In this document: positions 51,301 to 64,000 of the stretch, in pieces
How positions within the stretch are numbered: the stretch's first letter is position 1
Layout: every line of letters begins with the position of its first letter
Source: Octopus vulgaris
Taxonomy: Eukaryota
Assembly (NCBI GenBank): GCA_951406725.2
Contig: OX597833.1
Location: forward strand, 30,690,001 to 30,754,000
Length of the DNA: 64,000 bases
Direction: 5' to 3'
Program-made: the position numbers and the translations under genes
Notes under the pieces: generated by a model
The model's input: only the letters and a program-made list of their open reading frames with translations
Database searches by the model: none
Told to the model about the DNA's origin: nothing

Positions 51301-53320
51301 TTCACCACCGGAAGAAGGATTTTGCTGACGTGGCAGTTAGCCGAGGCAAGGGAGCGTGAACCTTAAAAGGGTCCGGAGAGATAGCAGCAGTAGGCAGTGA
51401 CTTGAGACACGGCGGCTGAAGGCACTAGACGTGTAATTCTCTCTCTGTCCGGATTTGATATAGCAGCAGTCGGCAGAAGACTTTCAACCTGACATTTGTT
51501 GCAGACCACATTATCTTCTTCTCCCTCTGGACGCCATCTTGGCAGTGTTGTTTGCATTTGAACATTGTAAAATCTTACAAGCGATAAAGTTCAGCTCTGA
51601 CACATCCATACCAAGCGGAACCAGATATACCACTTATTTCGTGTTGGATAAGAGAATAAAGTATATATATTTTTTACGTTTGCGTCTTGTTGTTTCTGAC
51701 TGGTAGAATCTGGATATTAAAGCAACGGTAATTTGTATGCACCACATGCACTCTAAAAGTGCATGAAGCTACTAGTTCCCGTTACAAGCTTCCAGGGAAT
51801 TTGAGAAAAATCAATTTCCCAAGTATCTGTAATTTTTATGGCTTCTGTGTATCTTCCACATTTGAACACTGCTTACTCAGATAACCTTCCTATTGTTCCA
51901 CTGCATCTCTTGTGTGTCCATAGCTTGCACTAGGTACACTGTATGGAATTCCTTTCTACACCTTTCCTACAAATCAAGCAAGGCTATTTACTTGAAGTGG
52001 GTAAGGTCCTGTCTGTTTTCTTGCCTACTAAGACCTTAGTCTTTGCTAAGTAAACCTTAAGGCCCTTAGATTTCACACCTGGAATTTCTTTTCTACTTCT
52101 GTTATGAGAGTAAGATCATCAGCATACAGAAGTTCTCAGGGGCTGCCAGTCTTAAATTCCTCTTTTATGGCCTGGAGGACAATGATGAAAAGGAGTGTGG
52201 ATTGAGGACTGTGCTTTGACAAATGCCTACCTGTACACCAAATTCTTCACTGTGGTTAACTCTCATTTTACTAACAGCCTCTCTGTACATGGCCTGTACA
52301 GCTTTTACAAGTCGCTTGTCTACCCTTAGTCTCCACAGAGCCAACCACATCACGCAGTGGTGTACTCTATTGAAGGCTTTCTCTAGATTAACAAATGCCA
52401 AGTATAGCAGTTTGTTCTTTGCTAAGTACTTCTCTCACAGTTACCTTACTATGAAAATATCCTCAGTAGTGCTTCTCCCTGAGGCAAAGTCAAACTGTAT
52501 TTCATTTAGTCTAATTCTGCTCCTAATTAATTGGGGTATAACTTTCTCTGTAATTTTCATCACCTAGTCCAGTAGTTTGATGCCTCTATAATTGCTTCTA
52601 TCTAAGGCATCTCCTTTATCCTTGTAACAGCTTACTATAATGCTGTTACATCAGTCACTGGGTATTATACCTTCCTGAATAACCTGATTAACTATGCAAG
52701 TGACTAGCCTGTATCCTACCCTACCAGGTATTTTGTCCACTACATTGATAAGTGATCAGATAGTTGATAGGTTTCCTGAAGTTGGTGTTGTAAACCAGTA
52801 AGCCATCACAAAACTCTAACAGCCTTGTTCCTTCCTCATTTCTAGAGCCAAAGCCATAGCCTTCATGCACAACCTGAAATCCACCAGAGTGTCTTCCAGC
52901 ATGTCTGTTGAAGTCTCCTGCCACAATCAGAAGATTGTTGTCTTTCATAATCAAGGTAGTCCTCAGAAGGGACTTCTAGAAGTGGTTCTTCTGGGTATCT
53001 GCAAGACTGGCATGTTGAGCATATTCAGAAATAACTGACACTGTTACATCAAACAAGACTATTCTTAGCTTAATAATCCTGTCACATACTCTGACCACTT
53101 CAATCACCTTATTTACTCACTTCTCTGCTAGTAGAATATCATTCCACCAAGACTGTCATTGCTGCTCGCTCAGAAAAACTTGTATCTATGTCTCTGCCCA
53201 TAAGCAGTCTAGTTGAGGCTCCTGTATCATATCTCTTGCACACAGCAGGCATCTATACATCTCCACTCAAGATCTACCTTGTATTGTACCAATGTTGACT
53301 GTGGCAGCTCAGCTTGAAGA
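48330..53320 (-). mobile_element. Long decayed RTE LINE split by the LTR element at 48772-51786
   Basis: APE motifs (IVAGDFN.HAG, G.RNEEGTRLLEFC) at 52720-52954, RT motifs (AFVNLEKAF, LLYADDL) at 52100-52400, and C-terminal sequence resuming at 48330-48767. Confidence 0.85.
48772..51786 (+). mobile_element. Non-autonomous Ty3/Gypsy (CsRn1-like) LTR element
   Basis: 558 bp LTRs at 48772-49329 and 51229-51786, 4 bp TSD AGCT, and PBS TGGTGACCCC(CC)GACGTGATT (tRNA-Trp). The only recognisable coding sequence is an integrase fragment (CDVSTGSPRPLVP, LHSLSHPG, FWPNM..CLKCQ, HLDLVGP) at approx. 50500-51035. Confidence 0.95.
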
Positions 53321-54407
53321 CTTGGGAAAAAGTTTTGAGGGATGTTTTCAGTTTCTGAAAAGAAAAAGAACTTTGGTGTTGCATGTCCTTGTGCCTAGTG
53401 TGAAAAATAATGTTACCATTGCAGTTTCAATTTACCTCAGTCCCAAAAATCCTTTGTAAGCATGCACATACATGCATATAAATGTAGATATACAACACAC
53501 ACACACATTGCAATGTTATTGCACAACACTGTATTACTATGTAACATTATTGCACTAATTTATTGACAATCCATATATTGTATGGACTATTACTATGTAA
53601 TAACAAAAATAGAATGGAATTCATGAGTCATTAGTTCAATTCCACATTAAGTCTCAGTTTCCCTTGTCAGTCTGGAATAACTAATTAGAATTGATGAATA
53701 AAATAACTATTGGTATATTAGAGAAGCATGTTTAAGAGGAAATCTGTTTCACCTTAATGTGGAGGTACAAAAAAAAAAAGAGAAAAAAAAGAGTTACTTA
53801 CCTGCTCCCTAGATGAGCAATGTTTGTGAAAGGATAATTTTAGTAATACTTACTTACACAGTCACATTACTTGTATATTGCTGGTTTGTGTATAAATCAT
53901 TAATCTTGAGCCATTAATCTCAATCTGGTATATGCAAGAGAACCTTTATATGTCCCTAAGCAAAATCTCTCCCAAATACACATTACCTTCATAAAAAAAA
54001 GGAAGAATACATTGGTAATGTTGTTTTAGTTACACAAAGAGACAGGATGGTCATAGATAGAATACTTTTGATCATAGATCTGCTTGATCAGTGCTGACCA
54101 AAGCTTAATTTAATATCCAGCCACTCTCTCAGCTTTGCCATTCCTGCAGCATTGGTGTTGCATATCCAACAGGTTATTTTCAGCTAATTTTTCCTCACCC
54201 TCTGCAAACATTCTGCTTTCAATGGCCATATGTCACAGTTTATTACATGCTTTTCATATGCTACATGTGTAAAGGATGTAATACTGATTTCTACATAGAG
54301 AGAAACATTTTCTTGTTTAGTTCTAGGGCAATCTTGACTGATCAGAATTATGATCAATGACATTCCAGCTATAATCATCTCATCTTTTTGTAAATTCGAG
54401 ATTAAGT

Positions 54408-54555
54408 GGTGGAACTGGCAGAATCATTAGAACATTGGACAAAATGATTTGATATATGTAGTTATGGCCCATTAAGTTCTGAGTTCAAATCCTACCAAGG
54501 TCAATTTTGCCTTTCATCCTTCTAAAGTCGATATAATAAAGTACCAATCAAGTAG
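54408..54555 (+). mobile_element. SINE family 2
   Basis: GAACTGGCAGAATC...GAGTTCAAATCC...GCCTTTCATCCTT. Confidence 0.7.
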
Positions 54556-55121
54556 AGGTAATTTAAAATTATTTGGAGTTATTATACAAGCCGGTCCAAT
54601 GTGTTCTTCCATTTTTCTTTAGACAGGGTGGGGGTATGATTTGAGGTAGATTTAGCTGTTAAAGCTTTCTAATTGGCTTAAGGAATCCTTTCATGCAAAG
54701 ATAACAATACTCCCCACCTCACAAATACAAAAACATACGTAAATGAAAATGTAAAAAGCATTGGTATATTGGTACAGTTTTATATAAATATATACACATT
54801 GAATTGGATGCATAACTGATTGTAGCTCAGTATACATGGAAAAGTAATCAAGTGTGAGTGCCATACAGGTCCCATACATATCTGGTAGAGTACAGACCTT
54901 TGCATATATACACTGAGAAGTACATATTTCTAATACATACATACATACATATGTGTATGTATGTATATATATCTATACATATAAAATGTGTATATCTAGG
55001 AGTGTGTTGTGAGTAAGGGAATGGGTGTATGTGTCTTGAACCTGTGATTATTAAATGGATGAATGACTGTAGATGAATAAATAGATAACTTGATAGACAG
55101 ATATACAGACAAATGGATGGA

Positions 55122-55175
<54 letters not shown>

Positions 55176-55987
55176 CGCACTGCACACACAGACATACACA
55201 CTAATTGACTGACAGATGGATGGAAGGAGAGATAGACAGCTAGCTGGATCTATTGACAGATAGATGAGTGAATGGATGGATTGAGAGATAAATAAATAGA
55301 TAATTACTATCAGTAAAGTTCTTACAAAACAGAATAGCCATTAATACTACAATTCCAGACTGAAAACTTGCAGAAAGTATAAAATGGACAGAATGACAAT
55401 CTTAAGGGAAGCAGTGAGAATGGAAAAAAGAAAGAATAAGAAAGGAGAAAGAGAGAGTGAAGAGGGAAAGAGAAAGAGTCAAAGAGTAGCAGTGAGTGAA
55501 AGTGTAACAGTTGTAGTGAGAATTAGAACCCGGTTTTCTGGATGCGTTGTTTTATGGCCCAAAGACCCAGTAAAAAAGTAAACCCCAGCTGACACTCAAC
55601 TTTTAGTTAAAATTATTTAAAAAAAAAACAAAACAATTTTTCTCATTACAATGGTATGTCTCATTTTTTACTACTTCTTTTTTGTTTATTATTTATTATT
55701 ATTATTATCATTTCATACATAGACACATGGTCAAATTTGGAGGGAGAGAACAGTCAGTTATAACAAACCCAATACTTGACTTATACCAAATTTTATGAAT
55801 CCCAGAAGGATCAAAGGCAAACTCGATCTTGTCAGGATTGAACTCAAAACATAAAAAGCCACTGAAATCAACTTTGTCTTTCACCTTTCTAGGGGTGATA
55901 AAATATCAAAGTATTAAGACTAATTTAATGAACTAATTTTGTTACCAAATTTTTGACCTGTATAAGAAATTATTATTATTATTATTA

Positions 55988-56186
55988 AGGTGGAAAGCTG
56001 ACAGAATTGTTAGCATGCCAGGCAAAATGCTTAACAGCATTTCATCCATCTGTTTGTTCTGGGTTCAAATTCTGCCGAGGTTGACTTTACCTTCCATCCT
56101 TTTGGGATTGATAAAATAGGTACTGGTTGAGCACAGGGGTCGATGTATCAGACTTAGCCCTTCTCCCCTTATACCAAAATTTGAAC
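55988..56186 (+). mobile_element. SINE family 2
   Basis: AGCTGACAGAATTGTTAGC...GGGTTCAAATTCTGCCGAGGTTGACTTTACCTTCCATCCTTTTGGGATTGATAAAAT. Confidence 0.78.
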
Positions 56187-56746
56187 TCATTATTATTATT
56201 GCATTTTCCTCTATTTAGCTTATGGTTTTATCTTTTCACAGCTTAAAAAGCTAATGAGAAAAAAGAAAATACAAAAATACCCTACCACTACCATAATGGT
56301 TGTACTTCTTCCATGTTAGTTTATGATTCCCATTGAATTATTTGCAAGTCAACAACACATATCTAAAATGAATAGCTTGGCTTAAATCAAAGTTTGAACT
56401 GGATACTAAATATAGTATTATTATTATTATTAGTAGTAGTAATTTAAATGAATCTTATTTGAAGGGGGAGAAGGGAATGGTGGTAGTTGTGGTTGATAAT
56501 TTAAAAAATTTTTCAACAAGTTTGGAACTTTGTCAACATATATGTAGGTACTTATGTTTCCTTTCCTACACACATGCATACGCATGCACACACACTAACA
56601 TTTATGTGTGTATACATATATATACATATATACGTGTGTGTGTATGTGCACTTTAAACAATATTGGTTAAATACCAGGACTATGTTTTCTTTTAATGTAT
56701 TTGTTGAGTTTTTCTAATTAAATTTTATTTTCTTGCCTTTTTTTAC

Positions 56747-56780
<34 letters not shown>

Positions 56781-58608
56781 GTAGCAAAGTGGTACTTACC
56801 AATTATTATCTTGTGAGTAGCTGATCAAATATTTATTTATAATGGTTTGGGACTTTGTGATGATTTCTCAAACATTTCATGCCATAACATTTCATACAGT
56901 GCTGCATGGTGATGTCAAGGGATTAGGATATGTACAGCCGAAAACTGAAATATTTTAACATATTTCGTAATGGAGTCAAAGCTAACTGATTGGGAAATTT
57001 CTCAAGATACTGGACTTGGTGAACATAAAGTTTAAAACTTACTGAATACTTGTTTTATTTTTGTTTGTTTTTCTCTAACCAAATAAAAACAAATGCAGAT
57101 ACCACTCTCATTTCACAGATTGTAACAAATACGACTCTTTTCAAAGGAATCCCACAATGAAAGTATGGAAAAATGGTTTCAGTCATTGGACTACAGTCTC
57201 ACAGAGGCATCAGCTTCAAAGATTTTTGCCAATTTTATTGATCCTGCCCAATACTTAGTTCTAGCATTCATTTTATTGATCTCTTTTTACAGAATGGTTA
57301 CATTTAGCTGAGTTGAGCCCCTTTCAAGAGTGGTCTCCTTTTTATAAACTTCAATATCTTGAGGATATGACTCTGGCCTTTTACCATCATTTTCTTTTTC
57401 TTTCATACATGCTCTACCCATTCTTATATCATTTGGAGTAGCACTGAATCCCACCCTGCTCAAACTTTCCCATTGTCCTAATCACCCTCTGATTCTTTCT
57501 CATTGATCCCTTGACACTACTTTTTCCTCCTATTATCTTTTCCATCTTATCTTTCCTTTCATCATCACTTTACCTACCTATGTATAACATGGGGTGGCAC
57601 TGCATCTCTTCCTACTTAACTCACTCCACTGTATTATCAGTCTCTATCTCCCCCACAGTAACATACTGACACTACTTTTCATTTTCCCTCCTGTTACCCA
57701 CTTCGCTAACACTGTGCTGTGTATATTTAAATTATGGTATAATTTGAAGGAAATTAAGTTGCCATGTTTAGCAGGTTGAGCAATATAATACAGGCATTCT
57801 TATTGGATTATTTGTTTTATATTATAAAGACAAGTGGAGTGCTATTCACAGCAATTCATATAATTCTGAGATACTAGCATACAATGTAAATGAATAAATG
57901 TAATGAATGAAGGGATTTAGTGGAAAGAAGCTGGAAGAAACATACTCTGTGTGTGTGTGTGTGTGTGCGTGTGTGTGTGTGCGTGCATATGTGTGTGTGC
58001 ATGTGTGTGTGCATGTACACCTGGATATGTTAGGTGTTGTAAACATGTCACTGCCACACAAGCAGTGTCCTTCATTTCCAATTTTCAATGAATACATGTC
58101 TAGCCAGGGGAAAATATTACCTTATTGGAAACATGTGATGGTTGGTGAAAATCTGTAGAAAATCTGATTCAATGGATTCTATCTGATCCATTCAAACATG
58201 GTAAAGTGGACACTAAAATGATGGTGAGGATGACACTAGGAAACTTAGTTTTATACAAGGAAACATTTCAAATGTTTTCTCTAAAACAATCTTTGAGTTT
58301 AACAACCAAAGGATAATGATTTCAATTTAGCTGTTTCTCATTCAACAATGACTTCATTTATAGATATAAATCCATACTCAAACAAAAAGTATATTTAATC
58401 TTGTTCTAAAAATAATTGGGGATTGTCATTTCAAGAGAAAATAGGTAACTATTTTTACCAAAATGTGACCTAGTTGTGTGTTCTTCAGCTTTGGTGCAGT
58501 GAGTATTACACATGCCCTGACTAACAGACAGTTTACCATCAAAAGAGATGTAGATTTGACATATGGTCTAAGGTATTAATACAATTTATTCAAACATTAA
58601 TTATTGTG

Positions 58609-58654
<46 letters not shown>

Positions 58655-59523
58655 TATGAGTGGTATGAAGTTCAACAAGTAGTGTAACACTTGTTCAGTT
58701 GAGTGAGTAAAAATATTATTATAATTAAAAGCCTTGGAAAATACAGCTGTCCAGGGTTCCTGGCTAAAATATTAAATTTAATAAATTTAAATTTATTTCA
58801 CCATTTATCAAACTGGTGAAAAAGAAGATGGTTTAATAACTGCATTTGCTCTATCCTCCATTGTTTATGAGGAACAAGTAACAGAAAATTATGATACAGG
58901 TTACCCTCAAGGGCTGCTGGTTTAATCTACCAGGATGTGTTGGAATCTAAGCCATGGCAAAGGCAACTAACCCAGGAGATAAAGAACTCTAACAGAAAAG
59001 CTTGAGGTATGTTGTTCTGGCAAACATTTGCACCAACTTTCTGCTATAAGCATTTCTCAAAGGTGTAGCTGCTCCTATATAAGCCTTCACTACTATAAAC
59101 AAATCATCTGTGTGGGTAGTCTAACAATTATAATATTGGCTGTTAGACCCTCATATGTTGAAGCCAATAGGAGAATCCACTATATATCATCATCATCATC
59201 AAAACAGCATCCTTTCATGTCTACTTTCGATGGGGGCACCAGTTGGATTGTCCAACAGGGTTAACTAGACTGGAGGACAATGTGTTGCCCCAATGTTTCA
59301 GCTTTGGCATGGTTTCTATAGCTGGATGCTCTTCCTAACACAGATATCATTATTATCAGTTTTATGTTTGCTTTTCTATACTAGTATGTATTAGGCAGGA
59401 CCATATATCTCTTTCCCAGTCATAGTCCTTTGCCATTTTCTTTATGAGGATCAGCATTCTGAGATATGACCTCACCACTATTTATAGGCTTCTTTATATA
59501 GAATGAATAGACTAATCTATTCA

Positions 59524-60163
59524 TAGGTGTAGGTGTGGCTGTGAGGTAAGAAGTTTGCTTCCCAACTATATGGTTCTAGGTTCAGTCCCACTGTGTGGCA
59601 CTTTGGGCAAGTGTCTATTACTATAGCCTTAGGTTGACCAGAGCTCTGTGAGTGGATTTGGCAGACAGAAGCTGAAAGAAGCCTGTCGTATACACACACA
59701 CACACACACACACTTGTGAAGCATGACTGTCAACACTACTACATGAACCCGAAGATTGCAGAATTCAATGCATGAAAGTACTAGTTCAATCAGAATGAAT
59801 ATTTAACATTCTACTATTTCATTTTATTTTATTCAATTATAATATATTATCTTATAATATATCATTATAAGATTGTAAATAAAACGTGAAAATCAGACAA
59901 GGTTGGAATTCTTTTTATTAATATATATATATATATGTATATATCTATCTGTGTGTATCTTTGTGTTTGTCTCCTCATCAACACTTGACAACTGGTGTTG
60001 GTGTGTTTATGTCCCTGTAACTTAGCAGTTCAGCAAAAGGGACTGATAGAATAAGTACTAGGCTCAAGAAATAAGTCCTGGGGTTGAATTGTTCAACTAA
60101 AACCCTTCAAGGTGGTGCTCCAGCATGGCCGCAGTCAAATGACGGAAACAAGTAAAAGAATAA
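59524..60163 (+). mobile_element. SINE family 1 split by an insertion of about 210 bp in its internal microsatellite
   Basis: Head at 59524-59712 and tail at approx. 59922-60163, with foreign sequence between them. Confidence 0.85.
59744..59788 (+). ncRNA. Minimal type I hammerhead motif (U4C variant)
   Basis: TGAAC-CCGAAGA-TTGCA-GAATTCAA-TGCAT-GAAA-GTAC-TA-GTTCA: 5 bp stem I and palindromic stem III AGTACT. Confidence 0.7.
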
Positions 60164-60589
60164 ATGAATCTTCCCCCACTCCATCTATATGTACTTAGCT
60201 ATTCATATGTACTAATCCATCCATATGCACTAATCTGTTTATATGTACCAGTCCAGTTATATGTCTACAATATGCAATGTATTTTCCCCCATGCACTTGA
60301 AAATATCAACAAGTTTTTGGTGAAAGCTCATTTAATAAATGAACTTTGGAATATTATTCAACCAGCTACAAGGTAATATTTGGTAAAATGCTTTGGATGA
60401 TTTACCAGCACTCAGCAAAAGACATTAGAAAATTAAGCTCAACAAAACACACATGCACACACAAATATACTTCACATACATATGCATACATAGGTGTTGG
60501 TGGTATATATTACTGAAAACAATGTTTGTTATGCAGCTTTAATCTTCTTTTACTGAGGATTTTTTCATATTTGCTTATTGAGAAATTAT

Positions 60590-61195
<606 letters not shown>

Positions 61196-61492
61196 AATGT
61201 GGGTCAATAGACTGCATAGATTTGTCTTGCTAAACCTTCATTAACATACCCCTATACATATTCACAGATAAGTTTTTACATGCTAGGCCTTTTACATCAG
61301 ACCCATTTAGTTTTACTTTTTCTCTTTTTTTTTGTATAATTGCTTTTTAAATTTCTATATTTTGGTGGGATGGGCGGGCAGGGGTGTTTTTAATATATTT
61401 CAGTATTTTTGGCAAGTGGAGGTCACTGAAACAACAGATTGCTGACCTATAACTATGCTTTGGCATAAGTGATTAAAAAAAAAATGGAATTG

Positions 61493-64000
61493 CTAAATGG
61501 GACTAAATCGGCACCGAGCAGGAATGCAGATTGGTTGATGCATCTTTGTATGCATCTTCAATGAAGACGACTGTGAAAATTTCTTATTGCAGAGTCCACA
61601 TTGGAAAGGTTTTTCACCTGAATGAGTGCGCAGGTGAGCAGTGAGGTTCGATGATTGGGAAAACTTACGAGGACACCATTTGCAAACAAATGGCTTTTCT
61701 CCTGAATGAACACGCAAATGTCGACGCAGATCAGACATCTTTAGGAATGATTTGGCACAGATAGAACAAGGATACCGATGCACACCACTGTGGTAGCGCA
61801 TGTGAGAAGCCAACTGTTTCTGCAGTGGAAAAGTACGAGAGCACAAAGAACACTGAAACTCACTTTTGTTCTGTTTATCATTAACTGATAAGAAAGACCT
61901 TGTATGTGACATTGTATCTTCAGTGGAAAAACGACTTTGATTGGTTTCTTGAGTTTTGAAAGAACTTTTTTGTTGGTTATGGTCTAACTCTTTGGTATTG
62001 AGGTGTAGGATTGGCTTTAAAACAGACCCTACTTTGCACTGAATGTTCCAAATGGATTTGGAAGAATCTTGAAAAACTTTTTCTGTTCTTCTAATGGAAC
62101 TATGGGAAATGGAGGAAGACAATGAAGAGTAAGCAGAAGAGGAATGAATATTAGAAATAGAAGAGTCTCTTTCGGAAGACTTCTTAAACTGAACCTTCAA
62201 ACTTGATGCATGTGTCCCGTTAAGAAATTTTTGTCCTTTAGAAAATGTGTAAGAAACTGCTGCTGTACCATGGCGGTTGTGTGTCTTCAAGTGTCCCATC
62301 AAATTAGACTTTTGCGAAAAGGTACGCTGACATAGGCCACATCCATATGGCTTTTCTCCAGTGTGCACTCGAGTGTGTCGATTTCGATCAGAGGATGTGA
62401 AAAATGCCTTATCACAGTAATCGCAGTGGTAGGGTCGTTCACCTGTATGTGTGCGGAGATGGTAACGCAAGTGGGAAGACTGTGAAAATGTACGGAAACA
62501 GATTTCACACTGGTTTGGGGACTTCTCCTCAGAGATTTTTTTATTCCCAGCCACTATAGGTTGAGATGGTGCTGACTGTTCTTTCTCATTTGTCTTGGTA
62601 ACTGGCACAAGCTTTTCAACTAAAACTACATCAGATTTTTCCTTTACCAAGTCACATACTTTTTCCTCTGTTGCAACATTTTCTGGATCTTTATCTGACA
62701 AACTTAGAGATTTGAGGAGGTTGCTAGTTTCCTTGCTAGTTTCTGTTGTTTGTGGATCAGATGGCTGCTCTTCCATCAAATCAACATTTCCAGTGGTTAC
62801 ATTCATGGTTCCCAAGCTCCTGTTCAGTCCTTTGTTGTTATAGAAGCTTTCATTAGATTTGAATACTGATCTAGATGGAATTCTGCCAGATAAATCTTTC
62901 TGTGAAGCAGATGTTGATATTGTAGAATCAAAGGCTTTAACATTTGTGGCCCAATTCAGGTTATCTTCTTGAGGTTGTTGGTTACACTGGTGTTTAGAAA
63001 GCTGAATGCTATCTGGGAAAGACTTTTCACACACAGCACAGCTTAGTGTAGCTGACAAATATGTGGCCGTATCAGATAGTGAATCATCAGAAATAGTGAC
63101 TGTTCCAGATTTCACAGGCAGCCATGATGAATCTGACTTATTGGATGCATGTGGAGTGGACGTTGTCTTTTCTTTTTTCTTGTACTCTGGTTTTTTCACC
63201 AAACTTGGATGAGAAGCTTTGAGATGATTAGTGAGACTGTAATAATTAGTAAACTTCTGTTGACAAGCAGGACAACAGAAATTGATTTCAGAATGATTGG
63301 TGATTGTAGAGTGAGTTTGTTGATGTCTTGCCAACATAGAAGAAGTTGAAAATTTTTTGGGGCATAAACGACATCGATAAGGTCTATCACCAGTGTGAGA
63401 GCGAGTGTGGATGAGTAAATTTGAACGCTGAGTGAATCTTTTTCGGCAATGGTTGCATTTGAAAGGTTTCTCACCTGTATGAACTCGTGTGTGACGTTTC
63501 AGATCAGATGATGTGAAGAAAGCTTTCCCACAATGTCTGCAGCCATAAGGTCTTTCTCCAGTGTGTGTTCGAATGTGATAAGTTAAGTGACATGCCTGAA
63601 CAAAAGTACGACCACATATTTCACACTGGTGTTGTTTACGATTATTTTCTAAACTTGGTGAACTTATTGGAAATTTTGGCCTTATTTTGCCTTCTTGATT
63701 TAATGAAGTTTTAGATTGTTTCATAACAGCCTCGGGGTCATTCCCTGATTCATCCACAGCAGCTTGTGTAATTATAGTGTCTTTCTGTATGGATGCATTT
63801 TGAAAATTTACCTGCCTTTTCAAACTTTTTACCTGATTTTTAGATTTAGCCTTGGATTTTGTAGCATTATAAGCTACACTTTGTGTATTTTCATTGCATC
63901 TTTTGTAAGCTGGGGATTCTTCAGTAAATGCAGAGTCACCAGTTAACCAACTGTGTCCTGCAATAGAGATCTCTAGAGGTTTAACACTTGGCCTATAGTT
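61493..64000 (-). CDS. C2H2 zinc-finger protein, large terminal coding exon (5' end outside the window)
   Basis: Twelve C2H2 fingers (clusters of 4, 3 and 4 plus one isolated) and one degenerate C2HC, with TGEKP-type linkers. The annotated start is a TTG; the frame stays open for 59 more codons to position 64000. Confidence 0.95.
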   Translation of the reverse strand, partial: NYRPSVKPLEISIAGHSWLTGDSAFTEESPAYKRCNENTQSVAYNATKSKAKSKNQVKSLKRQVNFQNASIQKDTIITQAAVDESGNDPEAVMKQSKTSLNQEGKIRPKFPISSPSLENNRKQHQCEICGRTFVQACHLTYHIRTHTGERPYGCRHCGKAFFTSSDLKRHTRVHTGEKPFKCNHCRKRFTQRSNLLIHTRSHTGDRPYRCRLCPKKFSTSSMLARHQQTHSTITNHSEINFCCPACQQKFTNYYSLTNHLKASHPSLVKKPEYKKKEKTTSTPHASNKSDSSWLPVKSGTVTISDDSLSDTATYLSATLSCAVCEKSFPDSIQLSKHQCNQQPQEDNLNWATNVKAFDSTISTSASQKDLSGRIPSRSVFKSNESFYNNKGLNRSLGTMNVTTGNVDLMEEQPSDPQTTETSKETSNLLKSLSLSDKDPENVATEEKVCDLVKEKSDVVLVEKLVPVTKTNEKEQSAPSQPIVAGNKKISEEKSPNQCEICFRTFSQSSHLRYHLRTHTGERPYHCDYCDKAFFTSSDRNRHTRVHTGEKPYGCGLCQRTFSQKSNLMGHLKTHNRHGTAAVSYTFSKGQKFLNGTHASSLKVQFKKSSERDSSISNIHSSSAYSSLSSSISHSSIRRTEKVFQDSSKSIWNIQCKVGSVLKPILHLNTKELDHNQQKSSFKTQETNQSRFSTEDTMSHTRSFLSVNDKQNKSEFQCSLCSRTFPLQKQLASHMRYHSGVHRYPCSICAKSFLKMSDLRRHLRVHSGEKPFVCKWCPRKFSQSSNLTAHLRTHSGEKPFQCGLCNKKFSQSSSLKMHTKMHQPICIPARCRFSPI

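Overview
AT-rich, microsatellite-dense animal DNA. The SINE families, RTE tails and C2H2 gene suggest an octopod cephalopod; this is my inference, not a verified identification. The only clear host gene is a multi-cluster C2H2 zinc-finger exon on the minus strand (61493 to beyond 64000). The rest is layered transposon sequence: tRNA-derived SINEs, RTE, CRE-like and R4/Dong-like LINE remnants, mariner and hAT remnants, MITEs, and two LTR retrotransposons that keep their LTRs, PBS, PPT and TSD but lack RT. The most notable structure is a cluster of Penelope-like elements (PLEs) inserted at (TA)n/(CA)n tracts. Several carry type I hammerhead ribozyme motifs: at least five distinct sequence families, including an intact identical inverted pair at 5630-5680 and 11447-11497 and two core variants. 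In one 6 kb palindrome, one PLE family brackets the RT-endonuclease ORF of a different family. Most short ORFs in the track are microsatellite artefacts. All alignments and folds were done by eye, so the boundaries of decayed elements are approximate.
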